A stretch of 64,000 nucleotides of DNA from Kiritimatiellia bacterium (GCA_017458625.1 JAFTAH010000144.1:3106-67105), one strand, 5' to 3'; positions 50,213 to 59,893 are shown, counted from the stretch's first letter. Program-made: numbers and translations. Notes: generated from the letters alone by a model not told the origin.

Positions 50213-51022
50213 ATGTCCCGTGCTCCCGCCCCCAATCCCGTCCTCGCCGGTATTGTCATTGTTGTGCTCCTCGTCGTGGCCTTCATCTGGGGGGTCTGGG
50301 GCACCGTTCCCGCCGGCCACCGCGGCGTCGTGCTGCGCCTCGGCCGCGTCACGGGCGTCGTCAAGGGCGAAGGCCTCTACTTCAAGGTTCCCTTCCTCGA
50401 CAAGGTCTGCCTCATGGACTGCCGCATCCGCAAGGAGGAGGTCACCACCGAATGCTCCTCCAAGGACCTGCAGATCATCAACGCGACCATCGCCCTCAAC
50501 TTCCGCCTCGAGGCCAACCGCGTCGCCGACGTCTACCAGAACATCGGCATGTCCTACCTCCACACCGTCGTCATCCCGGCCATGCAGGAAGGCGTCAAGG
50601 CGGCCATCGCCCAGTACACCGCCGAGGAGCTTGTCACCCGCCGCGAGGAGGTCCGCGAGCGCATGCGCGAACTGCTCTCCAAGCGCCTCACGCCCAACGG
50701 CATCTACACCGAGACCCTCAACATCATGAACCTCTCCTTCGGCGTCGCCTTCAACCAGGCCATCGAGGCCAAGGTGACGGCCGAGCAGAACGCCCTCGCC
50801 GCCAAGAACATCCTTGCCCAGCGCCAATACGAGGCCCAGCAGCTCGTCGCCATGGCCAAGGGCAAGGCCGAGGCCATGCGCATCGAGGCCGAATCCCTCG
50901 CCCAGAATCCCAGCATCCTCCAGCTCCGCGCCCTCGAGCGCTGGGACGGCCACCTCCCCCGCGTCACCTCCGGTGCCATCCCCTTCATCGACGTCAACAC
51001 CCTCTCCGCCGCCGAACCCTAG
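50213..51022 (+). CDS. SPFH/band-7 (prohibitin/HflC-like) membrane protein
   Basis: N-terminal TM helix followed by VPAGHRGVVLRLGRV...GEGLYFKVPFLDKV, typical of SPFH, and a coiled-coil tail. Confidence 0.8.
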   Translation: MSRAPAPNPVLAGIVIVVLLVVAFIWGVWGTVPAGHRGVVLRLGRVTGVVKGEGLYFKVPFLDKVCLMDCRIRKEEVTTECSSKDLQIINATIALNFRLEANRVADVYQNIGMSYLHTVVIPAMQEGVKAAIAQYTAEELVTRREEVRERMRELLSKRLTPNGIYTETLNIMNLSFGVAFNQAIEAKVTAEQNALAAKNILAQRQYEAQQLVAMAKGKAEAMRIEAESLAQNPSILQLRALERWDGHLPRVTSGAIPFIDVNTLSAAEP

Positions 51023-51055
51023 CCGACTCGGCCTGCGAGGTGGGCGGTCCCCTCC

Positions 51056-51592
51056 ATGGTGCAGTTTCCCCCATTTTACTGGCGGTCCCAGCATTTCCAC
51101 AAAATGCCTTCCCGGGCGCGGCCGTTCCTCGAAATCCTCGTACCCTTGCGCCTGGACGAATATCCGGACGATTGGGAATGGAATGTCGAACGGTGGGATT
51201 CCTCGGTTTCCTTGTCAATCGTCGATCGTTCCGTTCTGGCTATCTCGACGGCCAACGGCCAGCTGGCCCTCATCGACCTCGACAGCGAGAATATCGATGG
51301 CCCCGTCCTCTTCCCTTTTCTGGAGCAGCTGGCCGCCCGCAAGACCGCTGAATGCGAACTCCGGGATGAATTCAACGGCAAGTTCCTTCTCGCCCGCCCC
51401 ACCGGAACCCAAGACGAAGTCGAGTTTCGCGTGGGCACCAACTACGACCCTGCGGTGCCGTCGTCGGTGGCCGACTCGACCTCGCTTCTGCTCGTCCGGC
51501 TTCGCCGCTACGACCTTTTCAAGACCTTCCGTGACTTCTTCTCCGGCTGGCGCGACTATGCCGCCAAGCTGGATACGATTCGGTTCTCGTAA
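51056..51592 (+). CDS. hypothetical acidic protein
   Basis: ORF with normal codon bias and no known motif. Confidence 0.45.
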   Translation: MVQFPPFYWRSQHFHKMPSRARPFLEILVPLRLDEYPDDWEWNVERWDSSVSLSIVDRSVLAISTANGQLALIDLDSENIDGPVLFPFLEQLAARKTAECELRDEFNGKFLLARPTGTQDEVEFRVGTNYDPAVPSSVADSTSLLLVRLRRYDLFKTFRDFFSGWRDYAAKLDTIRFS

Positions 51593-51657
51593 GCCCATGT
51601 GCCTTGCAAATCCTGTTTTGAGTCACTGGAACCCTGTGTGGCGAAGATGGGGGAGGC

Positions 51658-52023
51658 TTGCAGGTGCACGGGGGAGGGAAGCTGGGTGAAGATATGGCGG
51701 AACCGAAACCAATCCGAGTGCCCAAGCCGCGGCGGCGACGGATGCGGGTGTGGCCTTCGCGGTTGCCGTCCGTGCCCGCGAGAGAGGAGCCCCGCGAAGG
51801 GATTCTGCTCCCCTGGCTGATGGCCACCGGTGGCGGAGCGCTGACGCTCCTGCTGGTGGCGATGGCGCTGGTCAAGCCGCTCGGCGTGCTGCCTTTTGAA
51901 TACTACCCGTTGGTCGTGAATTGCATTGCATGGGGGGCGACGGTGGTGGCTCTGACGGGATGCGTGGTCGCGCTGGTTCGCTGGGTGCAGCATCGTCGCC
52001 GCCACGCCGCCCATCGTCGGTAG
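51658..52023 (+). CDS. hypothetical small 2-TM membrane protein (start may be ATG 51694)
   Basis: Two hydrophobic helices (ALTLLLVAMALV, AWGATVVALTGCVVALV) and basic termini. Confidence 0.4.
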   Translation: MQVHGGGKLGEDMAEPKPIRVPKPRRRRMRVWPSRLPSVPAREEPREGILLPWLMATGGGALTLLLVAMALVKPLGVLPFEYYPLVVNCIAWGATVVALTGCVVALVRWVQHRRRHAAHRR

Positions 52024-52061
52024 GGAATCCGGCCATGCGCAAGCCGTCCCATCGTCCCGTC

Positions 52062-52078
52062 TTCTAGAGTCCTAGAGC
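52062..52078 (+). promoter_or_regulatory. CTAG operator-like motif TTCTAGAGTCCTAGAGC
   Basis: Variant of the 15-mer found at 52214 and 19811. Confidence 0.35.
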
Positions 52079-52213
52079 ATTTTGCGAAATGCGTGGCCGC
52101 AAGGTTCGGAGGTGCGACATCCTGTCGCGCCCAAATTTTTTTGCGCGGCTGGAAGCCGCACCTCCGGAAGCCGCCCGCCAAATGGCTACAGTAATTTGAA
52201 AACCGCTCTGGCC

Positions 52214-52228
52214 TTCTAGAATCCTAGC
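52214..52228 (+). promoter_or_regulatory. CTAG operator-like motif TTCTAGAATCCTAGC
   Basis: Exact reverse complement of 19811-19825 (CCTAGGATTCTAGAA) apart from one base. Confidence 0.4.
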
Positions 52229-52251
52229 TTTTACCCCCCTCACATTGCTGC

Positions 52252-52268
52252 GATTTTACGTGAAAAGG
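52252..52268 (+). promoter_or_regulatory. copy 3 (weak) of TTTTACGT-AAAA palindromic element: GATTTTACGTGAAAAGG
   Basis: Direct reading. It lies 96 bp upstream of the gene starting at 52348. Confidence 0.3.
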
Positions 52269-52347
52269 TTGCCAATTTTCACATTTTGCTTGCCTTGCAG
52301 CTTTTGGCATGTAATCATTCGTCCATATTACACGAAAGGCCACTCCC

Positions 52348-53100
52348 ATGTCTCGCAACCGCCATCCTCTTGCCCGCTCTCGCCGCTCCTATCGTCACTC
52401 CGCCACGTACTACCGCCACCGCGAGGCGTCCGCCCGCGCCGAGGCCGAATTCGTCTGCAAGACCTTCCACTTCGGTCTTGGCGGCGATGCCGCCACGGCC
52501 ACTGCCGAAATCATTGTCGGCGGGGCCTGGTTGCTGGCAGGTAGTGTTCTCCTGCTGGGCCTGAACGCCATCAAGGCGCAGGTGGCCAAGGGCCGCCGGG
52601 CCGCCATGAACCGCCAGATGGCGGCGGCGCATCTGCCCACGCCGGCCGCGCTGGAGGCCCGCTGGCACCGCACCAGGCGCAAGTCGCTCAAGGAAGCGCT
52701 CCGCCTTGGCGCCATGCTCATGCAGATCGCGGACACGACCTCCAACGCCATCCGGCTGGACCAGAACGGCAAGCTGGCCGGTCGCGGAACGGGCCTGAAG
52801 GGTTGGCTGAAGGCCTATTGCCCGAGCATCCCCTATTCGACGGCCATGCGCTACAAGCGGCTGGCCGAGCAACTGCTGCTGCTGTTTTCGCTCAAGGGCG
52901 AAGGGGCAGGTGCGGCGATGGACTGGGTGCTGCCCGGCGACGAGACGGCACCGAGCTGTGCCCGGTCTCGCAGCCAGACGGCAAGGGAAATCGCCAAGGT
53001 GCAGGCCTGCGTGGGCAAGCTGCTGGAGTTCCATCCCAGCCAGCGCAGCCTCGGGAAGATGCTCCGGCGCGAGCTGGAGCTGGGCGGGAAAATTGGGTAG
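52348..53100 (+). CDS. hypothetical protein with very basic N-terminus and one TM helix
   Basis: ORF with normal codon bias and no known motif. Confidence 0.5.
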   Translation: MSRNRHPLARSRRSYRHSATYYRHREASARAEAEFVCKTFHFGLGGDAATATAEIIVGGAWLLAGSVLLLGLNAIKAQVAKGRRAAMNRQMAAAHLPTPAALEARWHRTRRKSLKEALRLGAMLMQIADTTSNAIRLDQNGKLAGRGTGLKGWLKAYCPSIPYSTAMRYKRLAEQLLLLFSLKGEGAGAAMDWVLPGDETAPSCARSRSQTAREIAKVQACVGKLLEFHPSQRSLGKMLRRELELGGKIG

Positions 53101-53392
53101 GGGAAAGAGGTGGGAAATGGAGAAAAGCTTAAGGATCTCACGTGGGCTCACAACAGATTGGACGCCTGGGAGGCGGGACAGCCCAGGAGGGCTAGGGGGC
53201 TAGGAGGCGAGGATTCCAGGGGGGCGAGGAGGCAAGGGGAGGGGAGGGGGGGATGGGGCGACAGCGCCTTCGACGGGGCCTGGCTAAAACGCTCTACCGG
53301 CGGGTGGCGGTTCGGGCTTGCGGCGAACGCGGCGGCGGCGTAGGGTAAAAAGGAAAGATAGTAGCAAGAACTCTCAATCAGGAGACAGGAAC

Positions 53393-55075
53393 ATGAGCAA
53401 GCATCAGGTACAGGTATCGTTCAAGCACGGGCCCGCCATGCCGGCGGAAAGCGGAATCCGGCTGCGCCAGCTGCTGGAGACGAATCCGGAAGCCCTCAAG
53501 GGCATCGACTTCAAGGTTCTGGGGGCGCTGGTGAACAACGAGTTCGTCTCGGTGGAATACCGGCTGGAGACCGATTCGACCGTCCAGCTGCTTGGCTATC
53601 GTGACAGCTATGGGCAGCGCATCTACCGCCACACGATCGCCTTCCTGCTCTCCAAGGTCGCCCACGAGCTCTTCCCCGGCTGCGACTTCGCCGTCGAGCA
53701 CTCCCTCTCCAAGGGCCTCTATTGCAGCTTCCGGCGTTCCGAGAAGGCCCCCGGCATCACGCCCGAGGAGTTGGACTCCCTCCGTTCCGGTCTGCAGAAG
53801 CTCATCGACGAGAAGACGCCCATCGACCGCATGAAGGTCACCTTCGACGAGGCCATCCGCCACTTCGAGGAGGCCGGTGCCACCGACAAGCTCAATCTTC
53901 TCCGCTTCAAGAACAGCTCCAAGGTCCGCGTCTACATGTGCGGCAACTACATGGACCTCGCGAACCATCCGCTGGCCTGCAATGCGGCGGACATCGAGCG
54001 CTTCCAGCTCATCCCGTACCAGGTCGGCTTCGTCATCATGGGGCCCGACCGCGTCGATCCCACCATCTTTCCGCCGTTCGAGCCTGCCGACTACATCTAC
54101 GACGTCTTCAAGGGCCACAAGGAATGGGGCCGCATCGTCCACGTCCGTACCGTCGGCGACCTCAACGAGCGCATCTTCAAGAAGAAGATCGACGACTTCA
54201 TCGACGTCAACGAGGCCTACCAGGAGAAGCGCATCGCCCTGCTCGCCGAGCAGATCGCCCAGCGCAAGGGGGAGGTCAAGTGGATTCTCATCGCCGGTCC
54301 CTCCTCGTCCGGCAAGACCACGTTCTCCAAGCGCCTGGCGCTCCAGCTCAAGGCCAGCGGGCTCAATGCCAAGCCGATTTCGCTGGACAACTACTTCGTC
54401 GAGCGCGGCCACACGCCCGTCGACGAGAACGGCGAGCTCGACTACGAGCACATCGAGGCGTTGCAGCTCGACCTGCTGGCCGAGCAGCTGGACGCCCTCG
54501 ACCGGGGCGAGCGGGTGGAGCTGCCCTACTACAACTTCACGACGGGCCTCCGCGAGTTCCACGGCCAGTTCATGCACATCGGGCCTGACGACGTGGTCGT
54601 CCTCGAAGGCATCCACGGCCTCAATCCGCGCCTGACCGAGTCCGTGCCGCCGGAGCACAAGTTCAAGATTTACATCAGCGCGCTCACGCAGCTGAACATC
54701 GACCGCAACAACCGCATCTCCACGACGGACAACCGCCTCATCCGGCGCATTGTCCGCGACAACAACTTCCGCAACCATCCCGCCCAGAAGACCCTCGCCA
54801 TGTGGGGCAAGGTCCGCCGCGGCGAGAAGCGCTGGATTTTCCCGTTCCAGAAGGAGGCAGACGTGGCGTTCAACTCGGCCCTCGACTACGAGCTGGCCGT
54901 GCTGCGGCCCTTCGCGGAACCGCTGCTGGCGGAGATCAAGCCCTCGATGCCCGAGTATGCCGAGGCCATTCGCATGCAGCAGTTCCTGTCGAACTTCCTG
55001 GTGATTCCGCCCGACCGCGTGCCGCCGACGAGCGTCATCCGCGAGTTCATCGGCAAGTCCTTCTTCAAGTACTAG
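53393..55075 (+). CDS. fusion protein: ThrRS-like N-terminal (TGS + second-additional-domain-like) region plus uridine-kinase/phosphoribulokinase-family P-loop kinase
   Basis: P-loop ILIAGPSSSGKTTFSKRLA in a Udk/PRK-like core. The ~240-aa N-terminal region has a ThrRS-N-like pattern (ubiquitin-like start, HTIAFLL). Confidence 0.75.
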   Translation: MSKHQVQVSFKHGPAMPAESGIRLRQLLETNPEALKGIDFKVLGALVNNEFVSVEYRLETDSTVQLLGYRDSYGQRIYRHTIAFLLSKVAHELFPGCDFAVEHSLSKGLYCSFRRSEKAPGITPEELDSLRSGLQKLIDEKTPIDRMKVTFDEAIRHFEEAGATDKLNLLRFKNSSKVRVYMCGNYMDLANHPLACNAADIERFQLIPYQVGFVIMGPDRVDPTIFPPFEPADYIYDVFKGHKEWGRIVHVRTVGDLNERIFKKKIDDFIDVNEAYQEKRIALLAEQIAQRKGEVKWILIAGPSSSGKTTFSKRLALQLKASGLNAKPISLDNYFVERGHTPVDENGELDYEHIEALQLDLLAEQLDALDRGERVELPYYNFTTGLREFHGQFMHIGPDDVVVLEGIHGLNPRLTESVPPEHKFKIYISALTQLNIDRNNRISTTDNRLIRRIVRDNNFRNHPAQKTLAMWGKVRRGEKRWIFPFQKEADVAFNSALDYELAVLRPFAEPLLAEIKPSMPEYAEAIRMQQFLSNFLVIPPDRVPPTSVIREFIGKSFFKY

Positions 55076-55145
55076 CCGCCACCTGGGTTTTTCCGCCTCG
55101 CCGACCGTCATTCGACGGTCGGCGCTTTGCAAATAGGAGCAGGAT

Positions 55146-55997
55146 ATGAAACAGATACGGAAAAGCGGATCGTGGGCGACGGTGGAACGGCTGGCGTTGT
55201 GCCTGGGGGCCGGCCTGGCGTGGTGCGGGTGCGGGACGGTGGGGAACCTGTCGGCGACGGCGGGAGGGGCAGGCCATGCGGACACGATGTACCAGATTTC
55301 TCTGATGCAGGGACTGACCGAAGGCGACTTCGAGGGGAGTATCACCGTCGCCGAGTTCAAGCAGCTCGGGGACACGGGGATTGGCACCTTCGACGGCTTG
55401 AACGGGGAGCTCATCCTGCTCGATGGCCACCTCTTTCGGGCGGCGGGGGATGGCTCGGTGGAGGAGGTGGCGGCGGAGGAGACCATTCCGTTCGGCAATA
55501 CGAGCACCTTCGGGGCGGACCGGACGGAACAGGTGGCCGAGGTGGCGGACTTCGAGGCGCTGAAGGCCATCCTGGACCGAGGAGTGGAGGCGCTGGGGGG
55601 CAACTACTTCTATCTGGCGCGGGTGGACGGCACGTTCGAGGAAATGCACGTCCGGAGCGAATATGGCCAGACCCCGCCCTACGGCACCATCGCGGAGGCC
55701 CTGGCCAAGGACCAGACCTTCTTCGATTTCGAGGGCATCCGGGGCACGATGGTCGGCATCTACTGTCCGAACTACATGGGGCAGATGAACGGCGTCGGGT
55801 GGCATTTCCACTTCATTTCCGAAGACCGCACCCAAGGCGGGCATGTGCTGGGCGTCAGGGTGCGGGAGGCGGAGGTCTCGTGGGACAAGGCCAACCGCTT
55901 CCACGTCGTGTTGCCCGCCTCCGCCACCTTCCGCAAGACCGACTTCTCCGTCGATCGCTCGGCGGACGTGCGCCACGCGGAGACCAACGAGGAGTAG
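55146..55997 (+). CDS. budA: alpha-acetolactate decarboxylase with N-terminal signal peptide
   Basis: MYQISLMQGLTEGDFEGSITVAEFKQLGDTGIGTFDGLNGELILLDGHLFRAAGDGSV aligns with the ALDC family N-terminus, and the C-terminal GWHFHFIS Zn-binding histidines are present. Confidence 0.85.
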   Translation: MKQIRKSGSWATVERLALCLGAGLAWCGCGTVGNLSATAGGAGHADTMYQISLMQGLTEGDFEGSITVAEFKQLGDTGIGTFDGLNGELILLDGHLFRAAGDGSVEEVAAEETIPFGNTSTFGADRTEQVAEVADFEALKAILDRGVEALGGNYFYLARVDGTFEEMHVRSEYGQTPPYGTIAEALAKDQTFFDFEGIRGTMVGIYCPNYMGQMNGVGWHFHFISEDRTQGGHVLGVRVREAEVSWDKANRFHVVLPASATFRKTDFSVDRSADVRHAETNEE

Positions 55998-56027
55998 CCC
56001 TTTTGCTGTTGAAAACAAGGCAAGAGG

Positions 56028-56059
56028 CCTTGTTTTGACGTAAAATCGCACGAGTTGGG
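56028..56059 (+). promoter_or_regulatory. copy 4 of conserved intergenic element CCTTGTTTTGACGTAAAATCGCACGAGTTGGG followed by a G-rich tract
   Basis: Direct reading. It lies between the convergent budA and ybeY genes. Confidence 0.35.
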
Positions 56060-56114
56060 AACGCCGGGGGGGGCGGGGCGCGACGGCCGCGGTCCCGAGA
56101 ACACGAGGGGGGGG

Positions 56115-56573
56115 CTAGAGGAGGGGGGGGAGGGGGGAGAGGCGGGCGAGCCAGCGGAGTTCGCGGCGGCGCATGGAGCGGCGGTCGGCGGGGGTTGCAT
56201 CGTCGTGGCCGGCCAGGTGGTCGATGCCGTGGGCGAGGTAGAGGGCGAGCTCGGCGGAGGGGCCGCCGGGGCGGCGCTGGCCGTATTCGAGGGCGCGCTG
56301 GAGGTTGATGACGAGCTCGGCGGTGGGGCCGGAGAGTCCGGGGACGGGAAGGTAGGCCTGGGAGATGACGTCGGTCTGGAGGCGTACGCCGAAGGTGGCG
56401 GCCTTGTAGCCGGGCATGGCGTCGTTGTCGACGAGGAGGACGGAGAGGGTGTCGAAGGGGCCGGCGGGTGGGGCGTCAGGAAACGCCAGGCGGGTCAGCC
56501 GCCGGGCGAGGCGCCGGAGTGCCGGAATCCTTGGCGGGCGCACCTGCTGGAGGTTGCGGAGGAGGATTTTCAC
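56115..56573 (-). CDS. ybeY: endoribonuclease YbeY (start assigned to GTG 56573; frame is open further upstream)
   Basis: HGIDHLAGHDD Zn-binding H-x3-H-x5-H motif. Operon with phoH and 7TM-HD. Confidence 0.75.
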   Translation of the reverse strand: MKILLRNLQQVRPPRIPALRRLARRLTRLAFPDAPPAGPFDTLSVLLVDNDAMPGYKAATFGVRLQTDVISQAYLPVPGLSGPTAELVINLQRALEYGQRRPGGPSAELALYLAHGIDHLAGHDDATPADRRSMRRRELRWLARLSPLPPLL

Positions 56574-58875
56574 TGGGGTAGGGACTCCTTCCGTGGAGGA
56601 TGTTGGTGAGGGAGAAGACGAGGGAGTCGCGGATGGCGGAGAGGTCGCGCTGGGTGAGGGGGCAGTCGTCGAGCTGGTGGTCGGCGGCCTTTTCGCGGAG
56701 GATGTTGGCGACGAGGTCGGCAATCTTGGCGGGGGTGGGCTTCTCGAGGGAGCGGGAGGCGGCCTCGACGGAGTCGGAGAGCATGAGGATGGCCTGTTCG
56801 CGGGTCCAGGGGCGGGGGCCGTCGTAGCGGAAGGTGGCGTCGAAGGCGGGGGGGACGGGTTCGTCGGCGTCCTGGAGGCGGCGGAGGGCGATGCGGTAGA
56901 AGTAGGAGGCGACGGTGGTGCCGTGGTGGGTGGCGATGGCCTCGACGATGGGGCGGGGGAGGCGGTAGCGGCGGGCGAGGGCGACGCCCTCCTTGACGTG
57001 GGAGTGGAGGATCATGGCGGACATGGTGGGCTCGAGGTCGTCGTGGGGGTTGGCGCCGCCGTGCTGGTTTTCGGTGAAGTATTCGGTCTTGGAGAGCTTG
57101 CCGATGTCGTGGAAGTAGGCGGCGACGGCGACGAGGAGGCCGTCGGCGTGGATGACGTCGGCGGCGGCCTGGCCGATGGTGGCGACCATGAGGGAGTGGT
57201 GGTAGGTGCCTGGGGCTTCGAGGGCGAGGCGGCGGAGGAGGGGGTGGGACATGTCGCCGTATTCGAGGAGGGAGATGTCGGTGGTGTAGCTGAAGGCCCA
57301 TTCGATGAGCGGGAGGACGAGGATGGCGAAGATGGCGGCGAAGAGGCCGGAGCAGAGGGCGGCGGCAAGCTGGGTGAGGAGCTCGGCGGGGGTGGAGGGG
57401 TTCATGGCGGCGATGGCCAGGGCCAGGGCGGCCTTGAGGAGGCCGACGCAGAGTCCGGCGCGCAGGACCTGGGAGCGCTTGCGGACGCCCTGGAGCATGG
57501 AGACCACCAGGGCGAAGGCGGCGAAGCCCATGAGGAGCAGGACGAAGTTGCGGTTGAAAGTGATGGCGGTGGCGAAGGCGGTCCAGAGGCCGAGGGCGAG
57601 GGCGGCGGAGGCAGGCAGGAGAAGGGCGGAGAGGATGGCCAGGATGGACATGGGGACGGCTTCGGCGACGAGCCACTGGGGGACGAGCTCGTTGTTGATG
57701 GAGATGTAGCGGAAGAGCGTGGCGATGGCGACGGCGGCGACGGCGAAGGTGGCGAGGAGCCACTTGCGGCGCGAGGAGGCGATGGCCTCGGGGCAGGAGG
57801 AGCGTAGCCAGATGGCGCAGATGGCGAGCATGATGAGCATCAGCGCGGCATCGCCGATGTGGCGGAGGAGGCGGAGGTTGCGAGGGGCGACCTTGGCCCA
57901 GCGGCGGTTGTGGGCGTTGACCTTTTCAATGACCTGCGGGGTGACTTCGTCGTCGCGGTCGACCAGCGGGGTGCCCTTGCGGATGGTCATGGGGATGTCG
58001 GCGACCTGGTCGGCGGCCTCCTTGCGGCGTTGAGAGGTGGCGAAATCGTAGTAGGTGAGGTTGGGGCGGAGGGCGTCGGCGGCGAGAGGGCGGAGGGAAG
58101 GGGGCAGGACGGCGGCGCAGTCGGCCTTGGCCAGGGCGTTGGAGACGACGATGTAAAAGCGGTGGAGGGCGGCGTTGGCGCGGGCGAGGCCGGCGACGGG
58201 GAGGGTCCTGTAGGTGGGGGGGGGGCGCGCGGAGTTGGCGGAGGGCTTGGCCGGGGGGGCGGCGGGGTCGTCGGCGGCGGGGGAGGGGGCCGGGGCGGAG
58301 CCTTCCAGGTCGATGCGGTCGCCAAGGGTGGAGGTGTCGTCGGGGGCGATGCCGGCGGCGGCGACGGTGTGCAGGGCGTCGACGAGGCAAGTGGCGGCGA
58401 GGCGTTCCTGTCCGGGAGGGAAGAGAGCGGCGGCTTCGGCGCCGGTAAGGGGGGCGTCGCGGGCGGTGGCGAGGTCGTGGAGCTGCTGCTCGACCAGCAT
58501 GGGGTTGTCGGCGGCGGCGGGGTCGGCGCGGGCGGCGACGGCCTTGTCGGCGAGCTTGAGGAGGGTGCGCTCGAGCGAGGCCACGTTGTCCATGGAGACG
58601 CGGAAGACGGGGAGGACCTGGTCGGCGGCCTCCTTGCGGGCGAGCTCGGTGGCGGAGAGGTCGACGCAGGTGAAGTCGGTCTCGGCGAGCAGGGTCTCGG
58701 GGGCGCGCTGGCCGACGGTGAGGCCGGAGAAGACCTGTAGCCCGCCCAGGTTGAGCAGGGCCATGGAGAGAACCCAGATGCCGAGGAGGAGGCCGAGATG
58801 GGCGACGGTGCGGCGGTGGGGATGGTCGGAGCCGGGGCGGCGGAAGTCGGCGGCAATAGGGTGTTGACGCTTCAT
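56476..58875 (-). CDS. 7TM-receptor with intracellular HD/HDIG phosphohydrolase domain (YqfF/PgpH-like)
   Basis: Start at MKRQHPIAADF. An extracellular domain and 7 TM helices are followed by HDIG: HHSLMVATIGQAAADVIHADGLLVAVAAYFHDIGK. The ORF upstream of 58875 is low-complexity. The 3' end overlaps ybeY by ~98 bp. Confidence 0.8.
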   Translation of the reverse strand: MKRQHPIAADFRRPGSDHPHRRTVAHLGLLLGIWVLSMALLNLGGLQVFSGLTVGQRAPETLLAETDFTCVDLSATELARKEAADQVLPVFRVSMDNVASLERTLLKLADKAVAARADPAAADNPMLVEQQLHDLATARDAPLTGAEAAALFPPGQERLAATCLVDALHTVAAAGIAPDDTSTLGDRIDLEGSAPAPSPAADDPAAPPAKPSANSARPPPTYRTLPVAGLARANAALHRFYIVVSNALAKADCAAVLPPSLRPLAADALRPNLTYYDFATSQRRKEAADQVADIPMTIRKGTPLVDRDDEVTPQVIEKVNAHNRRWAKVAPRNLRLLRHIGDAALMLIMLAICAIWLRSSCPEAIASSRRKWLLATFAVAAVAIATLFRYISINNELVPQWLVAEAVPMSILAILSALLLPASAALALGLWTAFATAITFNRNFVLLLMGFAAFALVVSMLQGVRKRSQVLRAGLCVGLLKAALALAIAAMNPSTPAELLTQLAAALCSGLFAAIFAILVLPLIEWAFSYTTDISLLEYGDMSHPLLRRLALEAPGTYHHSLMVATIGQAAADVIHADGLLVAVAAYFHDIGKLSKTEYFTENQHGGANPHDDLEPTMSAMILHSHVKEGVALARRYRLPRPIVEAIATHHGTTVASYFYRIALRRLQDADEPVPPAFDATFRYDGPRPWTREQAILMLSDSVEAASRSLEKPTPAKIADLVANILREKAADHQLDDCPLTQRDLSAIRDSLVFSLTNILHGRSPYPSENPPPQPPAGAPAKDSGTPAPRPAADPPGVS

Positions 58876-58927
58876 GACGTGCGGGAGGATAGCGCGGGGA
58901 GCGGTGCGGCGCAACGCAAAAGGGGGG

Positions 58928-59893
58928 CTAGGAGACGGGGGCGGTGTCGCGGGGGGGGGCGTAGGCGTCGACGATGCGCTGGACGAGGGGGTGGCGGACG
59001 ACATCGGAGGCGGCCAGATGGACGACGGCGACGTCGTCGACGTGGCGGAGCAGCGAGGCGGCCTCGTGGAGTCCTGAGAGGCGATGGGCGGGGAGGTCGA
59101 CCTGGGTGAGGTCGCCGTTGACGACGACGCGGGAGTCGAAGCCGAGGCGGGTGAGGAACATGAGCATCTGCTCGCGGGTGGTGTTCTGGGCCTCGTCGAG
59201 GATGACAAAGGCGTGGTTGAGGGTGCGACCGCGCATGTAGGCGAGAGGGGCGACTTCGAGGACGCCGCGGGATTCGGCCTCGGCGACCTGGCCCGGGGCC
59301 AGCATTTCGCCGAGGGCGTCGTAGAGGGGACGGAGGTAGGGCATGACCTTCTGCTGGAGGTCGCCGGGGAGGAAGCCGAGGGCCTCGCCGGCCTCGACGG
59401 CAGGGCGGGTCAGGACGATGCGCGAGACCTCGCCCTTGAGCAGGGCGGAGACGGCGGCCGCCATGGCCAGCCAGGTCTTGCCGGTGCCGGCCGGGCCGAT
59501 GCCGAAGGTGAGGGTGTGGGCGCGGATGGCCTTGAGGAGGCGGGCCTGGCCGAAGGTGCGGGGGAAGACGGGAGGACGCGACGGGGCCACGTCCACGCGG
59601 AGGTGGAGCAGCTCGTCGATGTCGGCGGCACGGCCTTCGGCGTAGGCGCGGAGGAGGAACGGCACGCCGCCGCCGACGAGCGGGAGGCCGGCATCACGGG
59701 CATGCAGGACGCCCCGTAGGGCGGCTTCGGCCGCCTCGACGGCGCGGGCGGGGCCGGAGAGCTTGAGCCAGAGGTCGCGGGAGACGGCCTGGACGCCGAA
59801 CAGGCGCTCGAGGTCGGCCAGATGGGCGGCACGTGCGCCGAGGATGTCCTGGCATTCGCGCGCGGTGGAAAAGGTGAAGGTGGCTTCGGTCAT
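58928..59893 (-). CDS. phoH: PhoH-like ATPase
   Basis: Walker A GPAGTGKT, DEAQN, and KH-like N-terminus. Confidence 0.9.
   Translation of the reverse strand: MTEATFTFSTARECQDILGARAAHLADLERLFGVQAVSRDLWLKLSGPARAVEAAEAALRGVLHARDAGLPLVGGGVPFLLRAYAEGRAADIDELLHLRVDVAPSRPPVFPRTFGQARLLKAIRAHTLTFGIGPAGTGKTWLAMAAAVSALLKGEVSRIVLTRPAVEAGEALGFLPGDLQQKVMPYLRPLYDALGEMLAPGQVAEAESRGVLEVAPLAYMRGRTLNHAFVILDEAQNTTREQMLMFLTRLGFDSRVVVNGDLTQVDLPAHRLSGLHEAASLLRHVDDVAVVHLAASDVVRHPLVQRIVDAYAPPRDTAPVS

Noticed and set aside
55065-56051. Minus-strand ORF 328 aa antisense to budA
   Set aside because: Overlaps the strongly supported ALDC gene. Low-complexity translation.
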